From the NCBI GenBank assembly GCA_963833095.1, contig CAWHWQ010000002.1, forward strand, positions 275,094-339,093: a DNA stretch of 64,000 nt, given 5' to 3'. Positions 48,840 to 58,015 of this stretch are shown piece after piece (positions within the stretch are counted from its first letter, which is position 1; each line of letters opens with the position of its first letter). The translations under genes were made by a program, and so were the position numbers. Origin of the DNA: Vulcanimicrobiota bacterium (GTDB lineage Bacteria; Vulcanimicrobiota; Vulcanimicrobiia; Vulcanimicrobiales; Vulcanimicrobiaceae). A model generated the notes under the pieces. The model ran no database searches and was not told where the DNA came from. It was given only the letters and a program-made list of their open reading frames with translations.

Positions 48840-49862
48840 ATGTCGAGGGTCGTGGTGGTTGATGATTACGAGCCGACGCTGCGCATGTATGCCGCAGCGA
48901 TCGAAAAGATGCTCGGAGGCGAGGTGGTACCCTTTACCGATCCTCGTGAGGCGCTGCATTATCTAGGCGGCATGGAGCCCACGCTCTGCGTGGTGGATTA
49001 TAGCATGCCCGATATGGACGGCGTCGAGTTCGTGCAAGAACTGCGCGGTGTGCCCGGACGCGAGCGCACGCCGATCATCATGCTCACCGGAAAAGACGAT
49101 CGCGACCTCAAATCGCGCGCGCTCGATGCGGGCGTCAGCGTCTTTCTCAATAAGCCGGTCAGCGCGGAAGAATTCGCCGGCCACGTACGCCGTTTAGCCA
49201 CGCAACAGACCGCGCAAAGCGATCGTGCAGACGAACTGCGCGAACTCAAAGAGCGCGCCGAAGCTGCCGACAAGCGGGTGCATCAGCGTTCGCGCGATGC
49301 GCTCGACGCGATTGCGCGCGCCTACGCCGCGCGCGATCCCGAGGGCGCAGCGCGCATGAAATTGGCCGGCGAAATTGCAGTCATGCTGGCCATCGAGATT
49401 CGCTGCTCGGTGGGCGACGTGCAGATGCTCCGCGAGGCGGCGCACGTGTACGACGTCGGTAAGTTGGCCGTTTCCGAGAAGATCCTCACCACGACCGCGC
49501 TGCTCTCGCCGGCCTCACGTGCGGCAATCGAAAAGCATACTGAAGCCGGCGCTGAGATTCTTTCGGGTTCGGAATCGCGCTTGCTCAGCGCGGCCGCTGC
49601 AATGGCGCGCTCGCATCACGAGCGCTGGGACGGCATGGGCTATCCGCGCAAACTCAAAGGCGAAGCGATTCCGCTTTCCGGACGCATCATCGCGGTAGCC
49701 GATGCGCTCATTGCGATGATGAACGCCCGCGCAGATCGTCCGGCGATGACCTTCGGTCATGCGCTCGATCAGATCAAACGCGAAAGCGGCACCCACTTCG
49801 ATCCGGGCATCGTTGCCGCACTCGAACGCATCAAGGATAGGGTCGGACAACTGCGTTCATAG
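48840..49862 (+). CDS. REC + HD-GYP domain protein (RpfG-like, degenerate HD motif)
   Basis: REC domain (VVDD, DYSMP, KP), HVYDVGK, HHERWDGMGYP and SGTHFDP motifs. Confidence 0.88.
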   Translation: MSRVVVVDDYEPTLRMYAAAIEKMLGGEVVPFTDPREALHYLGGMEPTLCVVDYSMPDMDGVEFVQELRGVPGRERTPIIMLTGKDDRDLKSRALDAGVSVFLNKPVSAEEFAGHVRRLATQQTAQSDRADELRELKERAEAADKRVHQRSRDALDAIARAYAARDPEGAARMKLAGEIAVMLAIEIRCSVGDVQMLREAAHVYDVGKLAVSEKILTTTALLSPASRAAIEKHTEAGAEILSGSESRLLSAAAAMARSHHERWDGMGYPRKLKGEAIPLSGRIIAVADALIAMMNARADRPAMTFGHALDQIKRESGTHFDPGIVAALERIKDRVGQLRS

Positions 49863-50814
49863 TCGGCGTTGCGCGGTGCCGCAGCAACGCTCGCACGTTA
49901 AATACGGCTGCGCACGCGAAGGCCGCAACGCCGATTATCAGTGCGGCTATCGCGATTTGGTTGATCCGCGGCTGCGCAAGGATGAGCGTGCCGCCGCGCA
50001 GCGCGAGTGCGCAGCCGACCGCCAGGGCTACATTGACCGCCAGATGCGCGATCTCGCGCATGCGGCCCCATCGCGGCATGACGAGCGTCACAAGATTGAC
50101 CAGCGCCAGCGCAGCGGTGCCGATAATCGCGACGACGTAAAGCGGAAACCACGCACCGCCAAATGCGACGTCGGGCAGCGCCGCTGCGGCGGGACCGTAG
50201 AGCGTAAAGAGCACGAGATGTCGTGCCCCGCCCTGATCGAGCAGAAGCACGAGCATGCCGGCGCAGCCGAGCGCTTCAAAAAGACTGGCGTTGCGCGGAA
50301 CACCGGTGCTGCCGCTCTTGGGCAGACGTCGCGGATCCCAGCGCGTGATCCACGCAATCCACCGAGATGCGCCCGCGCCGGGCGCGCGTTCCAGGAGCGC
50401 AAAGATCGCGGTGATGATGCCGGTGTAGATCCACACCGCATCCCACGCGATGCCGGCGCCTTCCCAGAACCGATGCACGTCGCCGGTTTTAACCGCCGCG
50501 GCCGTCGCAACGAACAAATCGAGCGCAACGATAATCGAAAGCACGCAGACGAGCGTCGGCCAGTAAAAAGGTAGCAGATCGGGACCGATGAGCGCCTGAT
50601 ATTTTCCGTACCGCGCGGCAACCAGACGCGGATGGCCGTAGGCTTTGATGAGCGCGGCTTCTTCGTCGTCGGTCAACGGGCGTCCGAGTGCGTTTTCGCG
50701 CTCTTCGATTTGCGTTTGCAGCGCGTCGGAAATTTCGGCGATGATATCGTCGCGTTGACTGGCTTTGGGCAGGTTGTCGCTAATGGCGTAGAGGTAGCGG
50801 CTGAGCATGTCCAT
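49831..50814 (-). CDS. PadR-associated membrane protein
   Basis: RYL.AI...L...DIIAEISDAL...YGHPRLVA..Y N-terminus followed by TM helices; downstream of padR. Confidence 0.75.
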   Translation of the reverse strand: MDMLSRYLYAISDNLPKASQRDDIIAEISDALQTQIEERENALGRPLTDDEEAALIKAYGHPRLVAARYGKYQALIGPDLLPFYWPTLVCVLSIIVALDLFVATAAAVKTGDVHRFWEGAGIAWDAVWIYTGIITAIFALLERAPGAGASRWIAWITRWDPRRLPKSGSTGVPRNASLFEALGCAGMLVLLLDQGGARHLVLFTLYGPAAAALPDVAFGGAWFPLYVVAIIGTAALALVNLVTLVMPRWGRMREIAHLAVNVALAVGCALALRGGTLILAQPRINQIAIAALIIGVAAFACAAVFNVRALLRHRATPTMNAVVRPYP

Positions 50815-50816
50815 CG

Positions 50817-51170
50817 TTATGACTCCGAGGTGATCCGTTCGAGTGAAGCGTTGATGCGGTGCAACTCATCGATGAGTTGTTCGAGGATCAGCGCGCCCAC
50901 CGGCGAGAGCCGGTAGAAGCGCTTGCGGCGCTTGTTCTCTTCGCGCCACTCGCTCGCCAAAAGCCCTTGGGTTTCCAGACGGCGCAGCAGCGGGTAGAGC
51001 GTGCCCTCGTCGATGTCGAGCCCGGCCTCCTCGAGCGCTTTGCGGAGCGTGTAGCCGTACCGCTCCGAGCGCAGTTGCGCCAATACCGCGAGGGTGAGGC
51101 ACCCGCGCCGTAGCTCCAGGCGCAGATTTTCGAAGAGACCGGGAAGTTGATCGCCTATGCTGTGTTCCAT
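50817..51170 (-). CDS. PadR-family transcriptional regulator
   Basis: ELRRGCL.LAVL...YGY.L...DEGTLYPLLRRLE..G...RKRFYRLS..G. Confidence 0.93.
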   Translation of the reverse strand: MEHSIGDQLPGLFENLRLELRRGCLTLAVLAQLRSERYGYTLRKALEEAGLDIDEGTLYPLLRRLETQGLLASEWREENKRRKRFYRLSPVGALILEQLIDELHRINASLERITSES

Positions 51171-51174
51171 ATCC

Positions 51175-51215
51175 TATGTGCAACACAGTATATGCGCTAC
51201 AGTATGGGCTGTCAA
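51175..51215 (-). promoter_or_regulatory. Consensus sigma70 promoter of padR with overlapping operator-like repeats
   Basis: TTGACA (51215-51210), 17-nt spacer, TATACT (51192-51187); repeats TACTGTAGCGCATA and TACTGTGTTGCACATA. Confidence 0.8.
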
Positions 51216-51223
51216 CTCCCGCT

Positions 51224-51241
51224 TTGTCATCCCGAGCGTAG
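51224..51241 (+). repeat. Truncated REP copy
   Basis: TTGTCATCCCGAGCGTAG (left arm only). Confidence 0.75.
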
Positions 51242-51245
51242 ACGC

Positions 51246-51294
51246 AAAAAATATAAGTGGGCTCCGGCAAGAGGAACAAAATGCCGGAGCCCGC
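51246..51294 (-). terminator. Rho-independent terminator of the ABC exporter operon
   Basis: GCGGGCTCCGGCA-12 nt-TGCCGGAGCCCAC then TTATATTTTTT on the minus strand. Confidence 0.75.
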
Positions 51295-51320
51295 TTTGTG
51301 GACGCTTCCGTGCGCCCGCC

Positions 51321-52541
51321 CTATTCGAAGCGCAAGGCCTCGATAGGATTGAGTCCCGCCGCTTTCTTCGCCGGATAGTATCCGAAGAAGATCCCGACGA
51401 GCGCCGAGAAGGCGATCGAGAACAGGACCCACGCGATCGGAATCTGCGTAGGCCACTTTGCAAGTGCGGCGACGATGAACGTGCCGATGAAACCGGCGAT
51501 TACGCCGATGACACCGCCACAGGCCGCGAGCACCGTCGCCTCAGTGAGGAACTGACGCAGAATCGTTGCGGCGCGCGCGCCGACCGACATGCGTAGACCG
51601 ATTTCACGCGTGCGCTCGGTGACCGAGACCATCATGATGTTCATGATGCCGATGCCGCCGACGATCAGCGAGACCGCTGCCACGCCTGCGAGCAAGAACT
51701 CCATCACGGCACCGGTCGACGATGCGGCGGCGGCGATCGATTGCAGGTTACGCACCTGGAAATCGTCAGGCATCCCGGCGGCGATGTGGTGACGCTGTTC
51801 GAGCAGCGTCGTGGTTTCGGTCTGCACCGTGGCGATGTCGTCCGACGTTGCGGCCGAGACCATCAGCTGATTGACCGTGGTTTGCCCGGTGATGCGCTGC
51901 ATCGCCGAGGTGTAGGGAATCAGGACGGTGTCGTCTTGGTCGGTACCAAGGCTGCTTTGGCCGAGCGCCGTGAGCGTACCCACGACCGTGAACGGCACAC
52001 CTTTGATGAGGATCGTTTGACCGACGGGATTCTGTCCGTTGGGGAAGAGTTGCGACACGTCGGTCTGTCCGAGCACCGCGACTTTCGCGGCTGCGTTGAC
52101 GTCGCTCTCGGTGAAGAACGAACCGCTGGCCATGGGCCACGTGCGGATGAAGTTGTACGTGGGCGCGACGCCGGTCACGGTCGTCTGCCAGTTGTTGCCG
52201 CCGGCGACGACTTGCGCGCGGATCGTGACGGCGGGCGAAACCGCCGAGACGCCGGGGAGTTGCGCGATCGCCATGCCGTCGGCCGGCGTGAGCGTCGATG
52301 CGGTACCGAAGCCGCCGCGCGCGCCGGTGCTGGTGACGCTGCCGGGCTGCACGACGATCAAGTTGGAGCCGAGTGAGCTGATGCTCTGCTGCACCGAAAC
52401 GCGCGCACCACTGCCGATCGCAACGGTCACGATCACCGCCGCGACACCGATCACGATGCCGAGCATAGTGAGCATCGAACGCACTTTGTTGCGCACGAGC
52501 GCCTGGAGCGCAAGTTTGAAGATGCCTTTGAAGTCCGACAT
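51321..52541 (-). CDS. MacB-family ABC transporter permease
   Basis: RNKVRSMLTMLGIVIGVAAVI, VGGIGIMNIMMVSVTERTREIG and NPIEALRFE motifs. Confidence 0.93.
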   Translation of the reverse strand: MSDFKGIFKLALQALVRNKVRSMLTMLGIVIGVAAVIVTVAIGSGARVSVQQSISSLGSNLIVVQPGSVTSTGARGGFGTASTLTPADGMAIAQLPGVSAVSPAVTIRAQVVAGGNNWQTTVTGVAPTYNFIRTWPMASGSFFTESDVNAAAKVAVLGQTDVSQLFPNGQNPVGQTILIKGVPFTVVGTLTALGQSSLGTDQDDTVLIPYTSAMQRITGQTTVNQLMVSAATSDDIATVQTETTTLLEQRHHIAAGMPDDFQVRNLQSIAAAASSTGAVMEFLLAGVAAVSLIVGGIGIMNIMMVSVTERTREIGLRMSVGARAATILRQFLTEATVLAACGGVIGVIAGFIGTFIVAALAKWPTQIPIAWVLFSIAFSALVGIFFGYYPAKKAAGLNPIEALRFE

Positions 52542-53281
52542 TATGCCACCGCTTCCTTGTCATCCCGAGCGTAGCGAAGCGTAGTCGAGGGACCGTCTCC
52601 AACGATGTGCCCGTCGCGGAAGGTCACGATGCGTTTTGCATGTGCCGCGATGTCGGGTTCGTGGGTGACGAGCATGATCGTAATGCCTTGTTCTTCGTTG
52701 AGTTCTTTGAAGATGCGCATCACGTCTTCGCTGGTTTTGGTGTCGAGCGCGCCGGTCGGTTCATCGGCAAGGATGAGCCCGGGCTTATTGACCAGCGAAC
52801 GCGCGATGGCGACACGCTGTTGCTGTCCACCCGACATCTGGTTGGGATGATGCTGCGCCAGATGCGCGACGCCGACGATGCCCATTTTCTCGTGCGCGAT
52901 TCGCGCGCGTTCATCGGCGGGCACGCCCGCGTAGACCATCGGCAGTTCGACGTTCTCTTGCGCGCTGGTGCGCGAGAGCAAATTGTACGCCTGAAAGACG
53001 AAGCCGAGACGCCGGCTGCGAATGTCGGCACGCGCGTCGCCGTCGAGATGCGACACGTCGGTGCCTTCGAAAAAATACTGACCGCCGGTGGGATTGTCGA
53101 GCAGTCCGGTGATCTGCATAAACGTCGACTTGCCCGAGCCCGAGGGGCCCATGACGGCGACGAATTCGCCGGCGCGGATCTCGAGGTCGATGCCCGCAAG
53201 GGCGATGACCTGGCTGTCGCCGAGCGAGTAGACTTTTCTCAAGCCTTTCACGCGCACGACTGGTTCTGATACTTGTTCCAC
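52541..53281 (-). CDS. ABC transporter ATP-binding protein (MacB/LolD type); REP inserted in the last codons
   Basis: GPSGSGKST, SGGQQQRVAIAR and LADEPTGALD motifs; REP at 52557-52592. Confidence 0.95.
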   Translation of the reverse strand: MEQVSEPVVRVKGLRKVYSLGDSQVIALAGIDLEIRAGEFVAVMGPSGSGKSTFMQITGLLDNPTGGQYFFEGTDVSHLDGDARADIRSRRLGFVFQAYNLLSRTSAQENVELPMVYAGVPADERARIAHEKMGIVGVAHLAQHHPNQMSGGQQQRVAIARSLVNKPGLILADEPTGALDTKTSEDVMRIFKELNEEQGITIMLVTHEPDIAAHAKRIVTFRDGHIVGDGPSTTLRYARDDKEAVA

Positions 53282-53386
53282 GATCTGTTCCTCCAGTACA
53301 AATCGTAAGCCGCACGCTTGAGGGCGTGCGGCTAGCGAGGTTAGCGGAGGGTGAGAGCTGCTTCGAGCAGCGCACCCGCGACGGAG

Positions 53387-54892
53387 CTAGGGAAGTCCGC
53401 GGGTTGCGCCGCGCGAGGCACCGCCACCGCCGGCGAGCGGGTTGGTGCTTGCCGCACCTTGGCCTTGCGCACGCTGGCCCTGACCCGAGCCTTTGTGCGA
53501 GCCGCCGCTGAATGCGGTGACCACTTTGTCGCCCGCCGCGAGCGTCGCGCCGTTGATCGGCGTGACTGCCGCTTGGGTCGTCGTGACGAGTCCGACTTGC
53601 ACGGGCACGCGCTGGATTTTACCGTTGCGCTGCACTGTGATCGTCGCGTTTTGGCCGCTGATCACGCTGCTGCTGCCGGTCGTGCTTCCACCCCAGGGGC
53701 TGGCGGCACTTGCGCTTCCGCTGGCACTACCGGTTGCACTTTTCGCAACCGTTGCGTGCACTGCGCTGAGCGGAACCACTAGCGCGTTGGGCGCACTTGC
53801 GACGACGATCGTTGCGTTAGCGGTCATGCCCGGAAGCAGTTTGCCGCTGCTGTTATTCACGTCGACCACGACGTCGTAGGTCACCACGTTGTTGACGGTC
53901 GTTGGATTGATGCGCACCTGCGTGACCTTGCCGTTGAAGATCTGGTTGGGGTACGCGAGCACCGTGAAGTTTACCGTGTCGCCCGCTTTCACACCGCCGA
54001 TATCGGGTTCGCCGACGTTGATGTCGACTTCCATTTGATTGAGATCCTGCGCGATCAAGAAGAGCGTGGGCGTCGAGAGCGAGGCGGCGACGGTTTGACC
54101 GATCGAGACGTCACGCGCGATCACCGTGCCGTTGACCGGCGAGGTGATGACGGTGTTCTTGAGGTTGACTTCATCTTGCTGCACCGTTGCAGCGGCAGCT
54201 TGCGCCGCGGCCTGGGCAGCATCCGTGCCCGCGCCCTGCGCCTGTGTTTGCGCCTGCGACTGCGTGTAGGCAGCTTGGGCTTGCGCGAGCGCAGCTTCAT
54301 CTTGCGCGACCGTCGACTGATCCGTCTGCACGGTTTCTTGCGCGATGTAGCCCTGCTTGAGCAACGTTTGATCGCGCGTGAGCTGCGTTTGCGCGAGCGT
54401 TAGCGCGGCTTGCGCCTTGGGAATCGCGGTTTGTGCCGCATCGGCGCCGGCTGCTTGCGCGCTGGTATTCGCGCCGGCTTCCGTTGCTTGCGCTTGCGCC
54501 TGCGCGAGATTGGCTTGCGCCTGATCGACTTGGGCCTGAATCGTGCTCGGATCGATGCGCGCGAGCACCTCGCCCTTGGTTACTTTCGAATTGTAGTCGA
54601 CGTTGAGTTGCGAGATCGTTCCCGAAACTTGCGTGCCGACGGAGATGCTGTTCTGCGGATTGACTGTGCCCGACGCGGTCACCGACTGGGTGAGCGTTTG
54701 CTGCACGACCGGGGTCGTGACGACTTCGACGGCCGACTTTGCGCGCACCGCGAGCGTGCCTGCGACCAGGCCCACGATCACAATGAGCGCCAAGGCAGCG
54801 AGCGCCCAGCGCGGCAAGCGGCTAAACGCTCGCCCGAGCACGTTGCCGATTCCCGAAAACCCCGCTTGCAGCGGGAGCGATTGTGCTGACAT
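53387..54892 (-). CDS. Efflux periplasmic adaptor (MacA-like membrane fusion protein)
   Basis: VTASGTVNP..SISVGTQVSGTI, coiled coil, ITSPVNGTVI..VSIGQTVAAS and LLPGMTANATI. Confidence 0.92.
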   Translation of the reverse strand: MSAQSLPLQAGFSGIGNVLGRAFSRLPRWALAALALIVIVGLVAGTLAVRAKSAVEVVTTPVVQQTLTQSVTASGTVNPQNSISVGTQVSGTISQLNVDYNSKVTKGEVLARIDPSTIQAQVDQAQANLAQAQAQATEAGANTSAQAAGADAAQTAIPKAQAALTLAQTQLTRDQTLLKQGYIAQETVQTDQSTVAQDEAALAQAQAAYTQSQAQTQAQGAGTDAAQAAAQAAAATVQQDEVNLKNTVITSPVNGTVIARDVSIGQTVAASLSTPTLFLIAQDLNQMEVDINVGEPDIGGVKAGDTVNFTVLAYPNQIFNGKVTQVRINPTTVNNVVTYDVVVDVNNSSGKLLPGMTANATIVVASAPNALVVPLSAVHATVAKSATGSASGSASAASPWGGSTTGSSSVISGQNATITVQRNGKIQRVPVQVGLVTTTQAAVTPINGATLAAGDKVVTAFSGGSHKGSGQGQRAQGQGAASTNPLAGGGGASRGATRGLP

Positions 54893-54964
54893 GACGTATT
54901 CCTCCACTGCCAGCTTAGTCTGCCGCCCTGACGGCGAATGGTTAGCGGGGTTAGTAGTCGATGA

Positions 54965-55083
54965 GAGCGTAGCGAAGCGCCCCCTTTGTCATCCCGAGCA
55001 TAGCGAAGCGCCCCCTTTGTCATCCCGAGCGTAGCGAAGCGCCCCCTTTGTCATCCCGAGCGTAGCGAAGCGTAGTCGAGGGA
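54965..55083 (+). repeat. Tandem array of 31-bp REP half-units ending in a complete REP
   Basis: TGTCATCCCGAGC(G/A)TAGCGAAGCGCCCCCTT at 54987 and 55018, a partial copy at 54965, and a full copy at 55049-55083. Confidence 0.92.
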
Positions 55084-55092
55084 GAACGGGTT

Positions 55093-55783
55093 ATGCGGGC
55101 TATGAATATCGGAATCATCGGCGCCGGGAACATCGGCGGAAACCTGACGCGACGCCTGACGGCTTTAGGCCATACCGTGGCGGTAGCAAACTCGCGCGGG
55201 CCCGACTCGCTGTGGTCGCTCGTGCACGAAACCGGCGCGCAGGCCGTCACCGTTGAGGACGCGGTAAAGAACAAGGATCTCGTGATCGTAACGATCCCCG
55301 AGAAGAACATCCCGAGTTTGCCCAAGGGACTCTTGGCCAACCTCGGACCGAACGTCGTCGTGATCGATACCGGGAATTACTATCCGCAGCAGCGCGACGG
55401 ACGCATCGCCGGAATTGAAGACGGCCTCACCGAGAGCGGCTGGGTCGAACAACAGCTCGGCCGTCCCGTAATCAAAGCCTTCAATAATATTTACGCTGCG
55501 CATCTGCTTAGCAACGGCAAACCCAAAGGCACGCCGGGACGCGTCGCGTTGCCGGTTGCCGGCGACGATCCCAAAGCCAAGAAGATCGTGATGGATCTCG
55601 TCGATGCGCTCGGATTCGATCCGGTCGACGACGGCACCATCGCCGATTCATGGCGCCAGCAACCCGGCACGCCGGTGTATGCCCAAGATTTTGATGCGGC
55701 CGGCGTCAAGCGCGCCCTCGGCGAGGCGAGCCAAGGAACGCAAACCGGAATGGCGTGCAAAGAGCACGGCTGGGGTATCATAG
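55093..55783 (+). CDS. NADP oxidoreductase, F420-dependent/dinucleotide-binding family; probable indel near 55731
   Basis: IGIIGAGNIG, ANSRGP, IDTGNYYP, KAFNNI and SWRQQPGTPVY. The alternative frame gives KERKPEWRA..* ending at 55783. Confidence 0.88.
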
Positions 55784-55787
55784 CGAC

Positions 55788-55967
55788 ATGAGTACTGAAC
55801 GCGAAAAACCGCTTACGCCCAAAGAAGCGGAGTCAATGGGCCGTCAAACCGAGACGCACACCCGCGGCGAAAAAATCAGCGATCAAGTCGTCTACGGCGA
55901 CGTTGAAGGTGTTGAAAACGAAGACCAAATGGACGAGCATCACGCCGATGCCGACGAGATCGTGTAA
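55788..55967 (+). CDS. Small acidic hypothetical protein
   Basis: 59 aa; TATCAT lies 6 nt upstream of the ATG. Confidence 0.55.
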   Translation: MSTEREKPLTPKEAESMGRQTETHTRGEKISDQVVYGDVEGVENEDQMDEHHADADEIV

Positions 55968-56906
55968 GGACGGCCCAGCAGACTGCGCCGATCGCCGCCC
56001 GCGGCTTCGGCGTCGGACCTGGTTATGGCTTCGACATATCGATGCAGCCGAACGCGAGCTGGGCGCGCGAACCACCGAACATTGAGCTGCGCGAAAGCGC
56101 GGGCGAAGCGAAAGAGCTATTTTGACGCCGGCACGATAAGACTTTACGCCCATAGTGCGCTCCCTGAGTGGGTAGCTCACGTGGCCAAAGCCCGACTTCA
56201 GACCGGCCGCTACAGGGATAGTCCAAATGGCCTACGCGGCCGGAACTGCCCTGATCTGTGTAGTACCTGTCCTATCGTCCAAGCGGAGGCCCCCTTGAAA
56301 GCGAGCGCGCCTTTTGCTACTGCAGCGAACAGCTTTGTCTAGATCAAGGCTGAACTCAACTTTACCGTCGGGTCTGGCAAGCCATTGCCTTTGATTTGTG
56401 GCTAAAGCCGTGTAGCGTCGTGGTTCAAGTAGTGACCGGCGCCGGGAAAACACCGTTTGCTGATGTGCATTCAGCACCTCCTCGTGGGCACGAGCGACCG
56501 ACAGGCCTTAGTTATCGTACCAAGCATGGCGTTTCTTGATCAATGGGCTTGATATTCGGGACTTGCTTTTAATGGGCGATGAGTGTGTTGGAACATTAAG
56601 CGGCGAATGCACTCCCTCAGCTGACGCTAGCATCGTGATCGCGGTGATCAATTCTGCGCGCCACTTTTCCTCGGCATTCTCCGCACTGCGACCAACCTTC
56701 TTAGTGGTCGATGAATGCTACCACGCCGGGTCTCCCGAGAATTCCAGAGCACTTGACGGAACGTACGCGGCGACACTTGGCTTATCGGCAACGCCGGAAC
56801 GCGATTAGGACGAAGGTTTTTCGGATCGCGTCGTTCCCGTGCTCGGAAACGTGATTTTTAATTATACGTACAAGGACGCGTTGCGCGACTGACCTGAGGT
56901 GGCGTT

Positions 56907-57761
56907 TTACGCAGCTGATAACTGTGAGAGTTGGTTGATTTTGAACTGCTCCGCAAACTCCCTTGGCGTTCGATAGCCGAGGGCTGAGTGCGGCCTGACA
57001 TCGTTGTAGTTTCGTTGCCAATCTGCGGCCTTGCGCCGTGCCTCGAAGATGGTCATGAACCGATGCATATTGAAGAGCTCGTCGCGAATTTTTCCGTTAA
57101 GCGCTTCGATGTTCGCGTTTTGCGTCGGCTTGCCGGGTTCGATGAAGTGCAGCTTGATGTCTCGCTCCTTTCCCCAGCGAAGCATCGCGTGGCTTGTGAA
57201 CTCAGATCCATTGTCAAACCGAAGCGTTTCTGGAAAGCCCCGCTCGAACGCGATTTCCTCGAACTTGCGGATGACGTCGTGGCTACCGAACGAGTATCCG
57301 ATCTCCAGAGCGAGGCATTCCCGCGTGAAATCGTCGACGATATTCATCGAACGAATGTTCCGGTAGTTGCCAATTCGGTCGTGCATGAAATCGATCGACC
57401 AGCGTTCGTTCGGCCGCGTGACCGGTGCGACGCTATTGCCGCGGACGTAGTTCACCTTACGCTTGCGCCGAGGCCGTACTTGCAGGCCAAGATCGCGGTA
57501 GATGCGCCGGAAGCGGTGTTCGCCAACGTGAATGCCTTGACGACGGATCATGATGATCAAGCGCCGCCATTCCCAACGAGGTCGCTCGTGCGCAAGATCG
57601 TTGATCGGCTTGGCGATCGCGGCATCGTCTTTCGGCTTTCGCGTGTAATACAGCGTTCGTCGGCATTGTCCAACGATTGCGCAGGCCCGCACTTTCGAAA
57701 CGCCATGGCTTTCCAACGCCCTCACGGCTTCTTTCCGCTGCGAGGGCCCCATCCGTTTTTT
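56907..57761 (-). CDS. IS3 transposase OrfB (DDE integrase core)
   Basis: WSIDF, VDDFTRE, DNGSEF, PGKPTQNANIEALNGKIRDE and YNDVRPHSALG motifs; slippery AAAAAAC at 57761-57755. Confidence 0.95.
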   Translation of the reverse strand, partial: KKRMGPSQRKEAVRALESHGVSKVRACAIVGQCRRTLYYTRKPKDDAAIAKPINDLAHERPRWEWRRLIIMIRRQGIHVGEHRFRRIYRDLGLQVRPRRKRKVNYVRGNSVAPVTRPNERWSIDFMHDRIGNYRNIRSMNIVDDFTRECLALEIGYSFGSHDVIRKFEEIAFERGFPETLRFDNGSEFTSHAMLRWGKERDIKLHFIEPGKPTQNANIEALNGKIRDELFNMHRFMTIFEARRKAADWQRNYNDVRPHSALGYRTPREFAEQFKINQLSQLSAA

Positions 57762-58015
57762 GAGATCAGGTCTCGCACGGCGTCGACTTCGAGCGTGAGT
57801 CGAGCGATGATCCGGTCTTTCTTCGCGCTCTCTTCTTCGAGTTGCTTGAGGCGCGTGAGATCGCTGGTTTCCATGCCGGCGTACCGATCGCGCCAAAGCC
57901 GGATGGTATTTGCATGAATGCCGTTCTGTCGTGCGAGCTCAGCTACGGGAATCCCCGCGTCAAGCTCTTTGAGGACGGCTACGATTTGCGCCTCGGTGAA
58001 GCGACTTTTCTTCAC
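57722..58015 (-). CDS. IS3 transposase OrfA (HTH)
   Basis: MKKSRFTEAQIVAVLKE...ELARQNGI...W...Y..METSDL.RLKQLEEE; RBS AAGGAG. Confidence 0.95.
   Translation of the reverse strand: MKKSRFTEAQIVAVLKELDAGIPVAELARQNGIHANTIRLWRDRYAGMETSDLTRLKQLEEESAKKDRIIARLTLEVDAVRDLISKNGWGPRSGKKP

Noticed and set aside
53349..53377. Hairpin GGGTG..GCTGCT-TCG-AGCAGC..CACCC between the adaptor and ATPase genes
   Set aside because: Single copy with no TGTCA tag and no U-tract; cannot be assigned to the REP family or called a terminator.
54965..55083. 31-bp repeats as a mini-CRISPR or iteron set
   Set aside because: No spacers and no rep gene; the units are REP left arms.
55970..56360. Short ORFs at the left edge of the island
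   Set aside because: Several overlapping short frames with no motif or clear RBS; probably decayed sequence.
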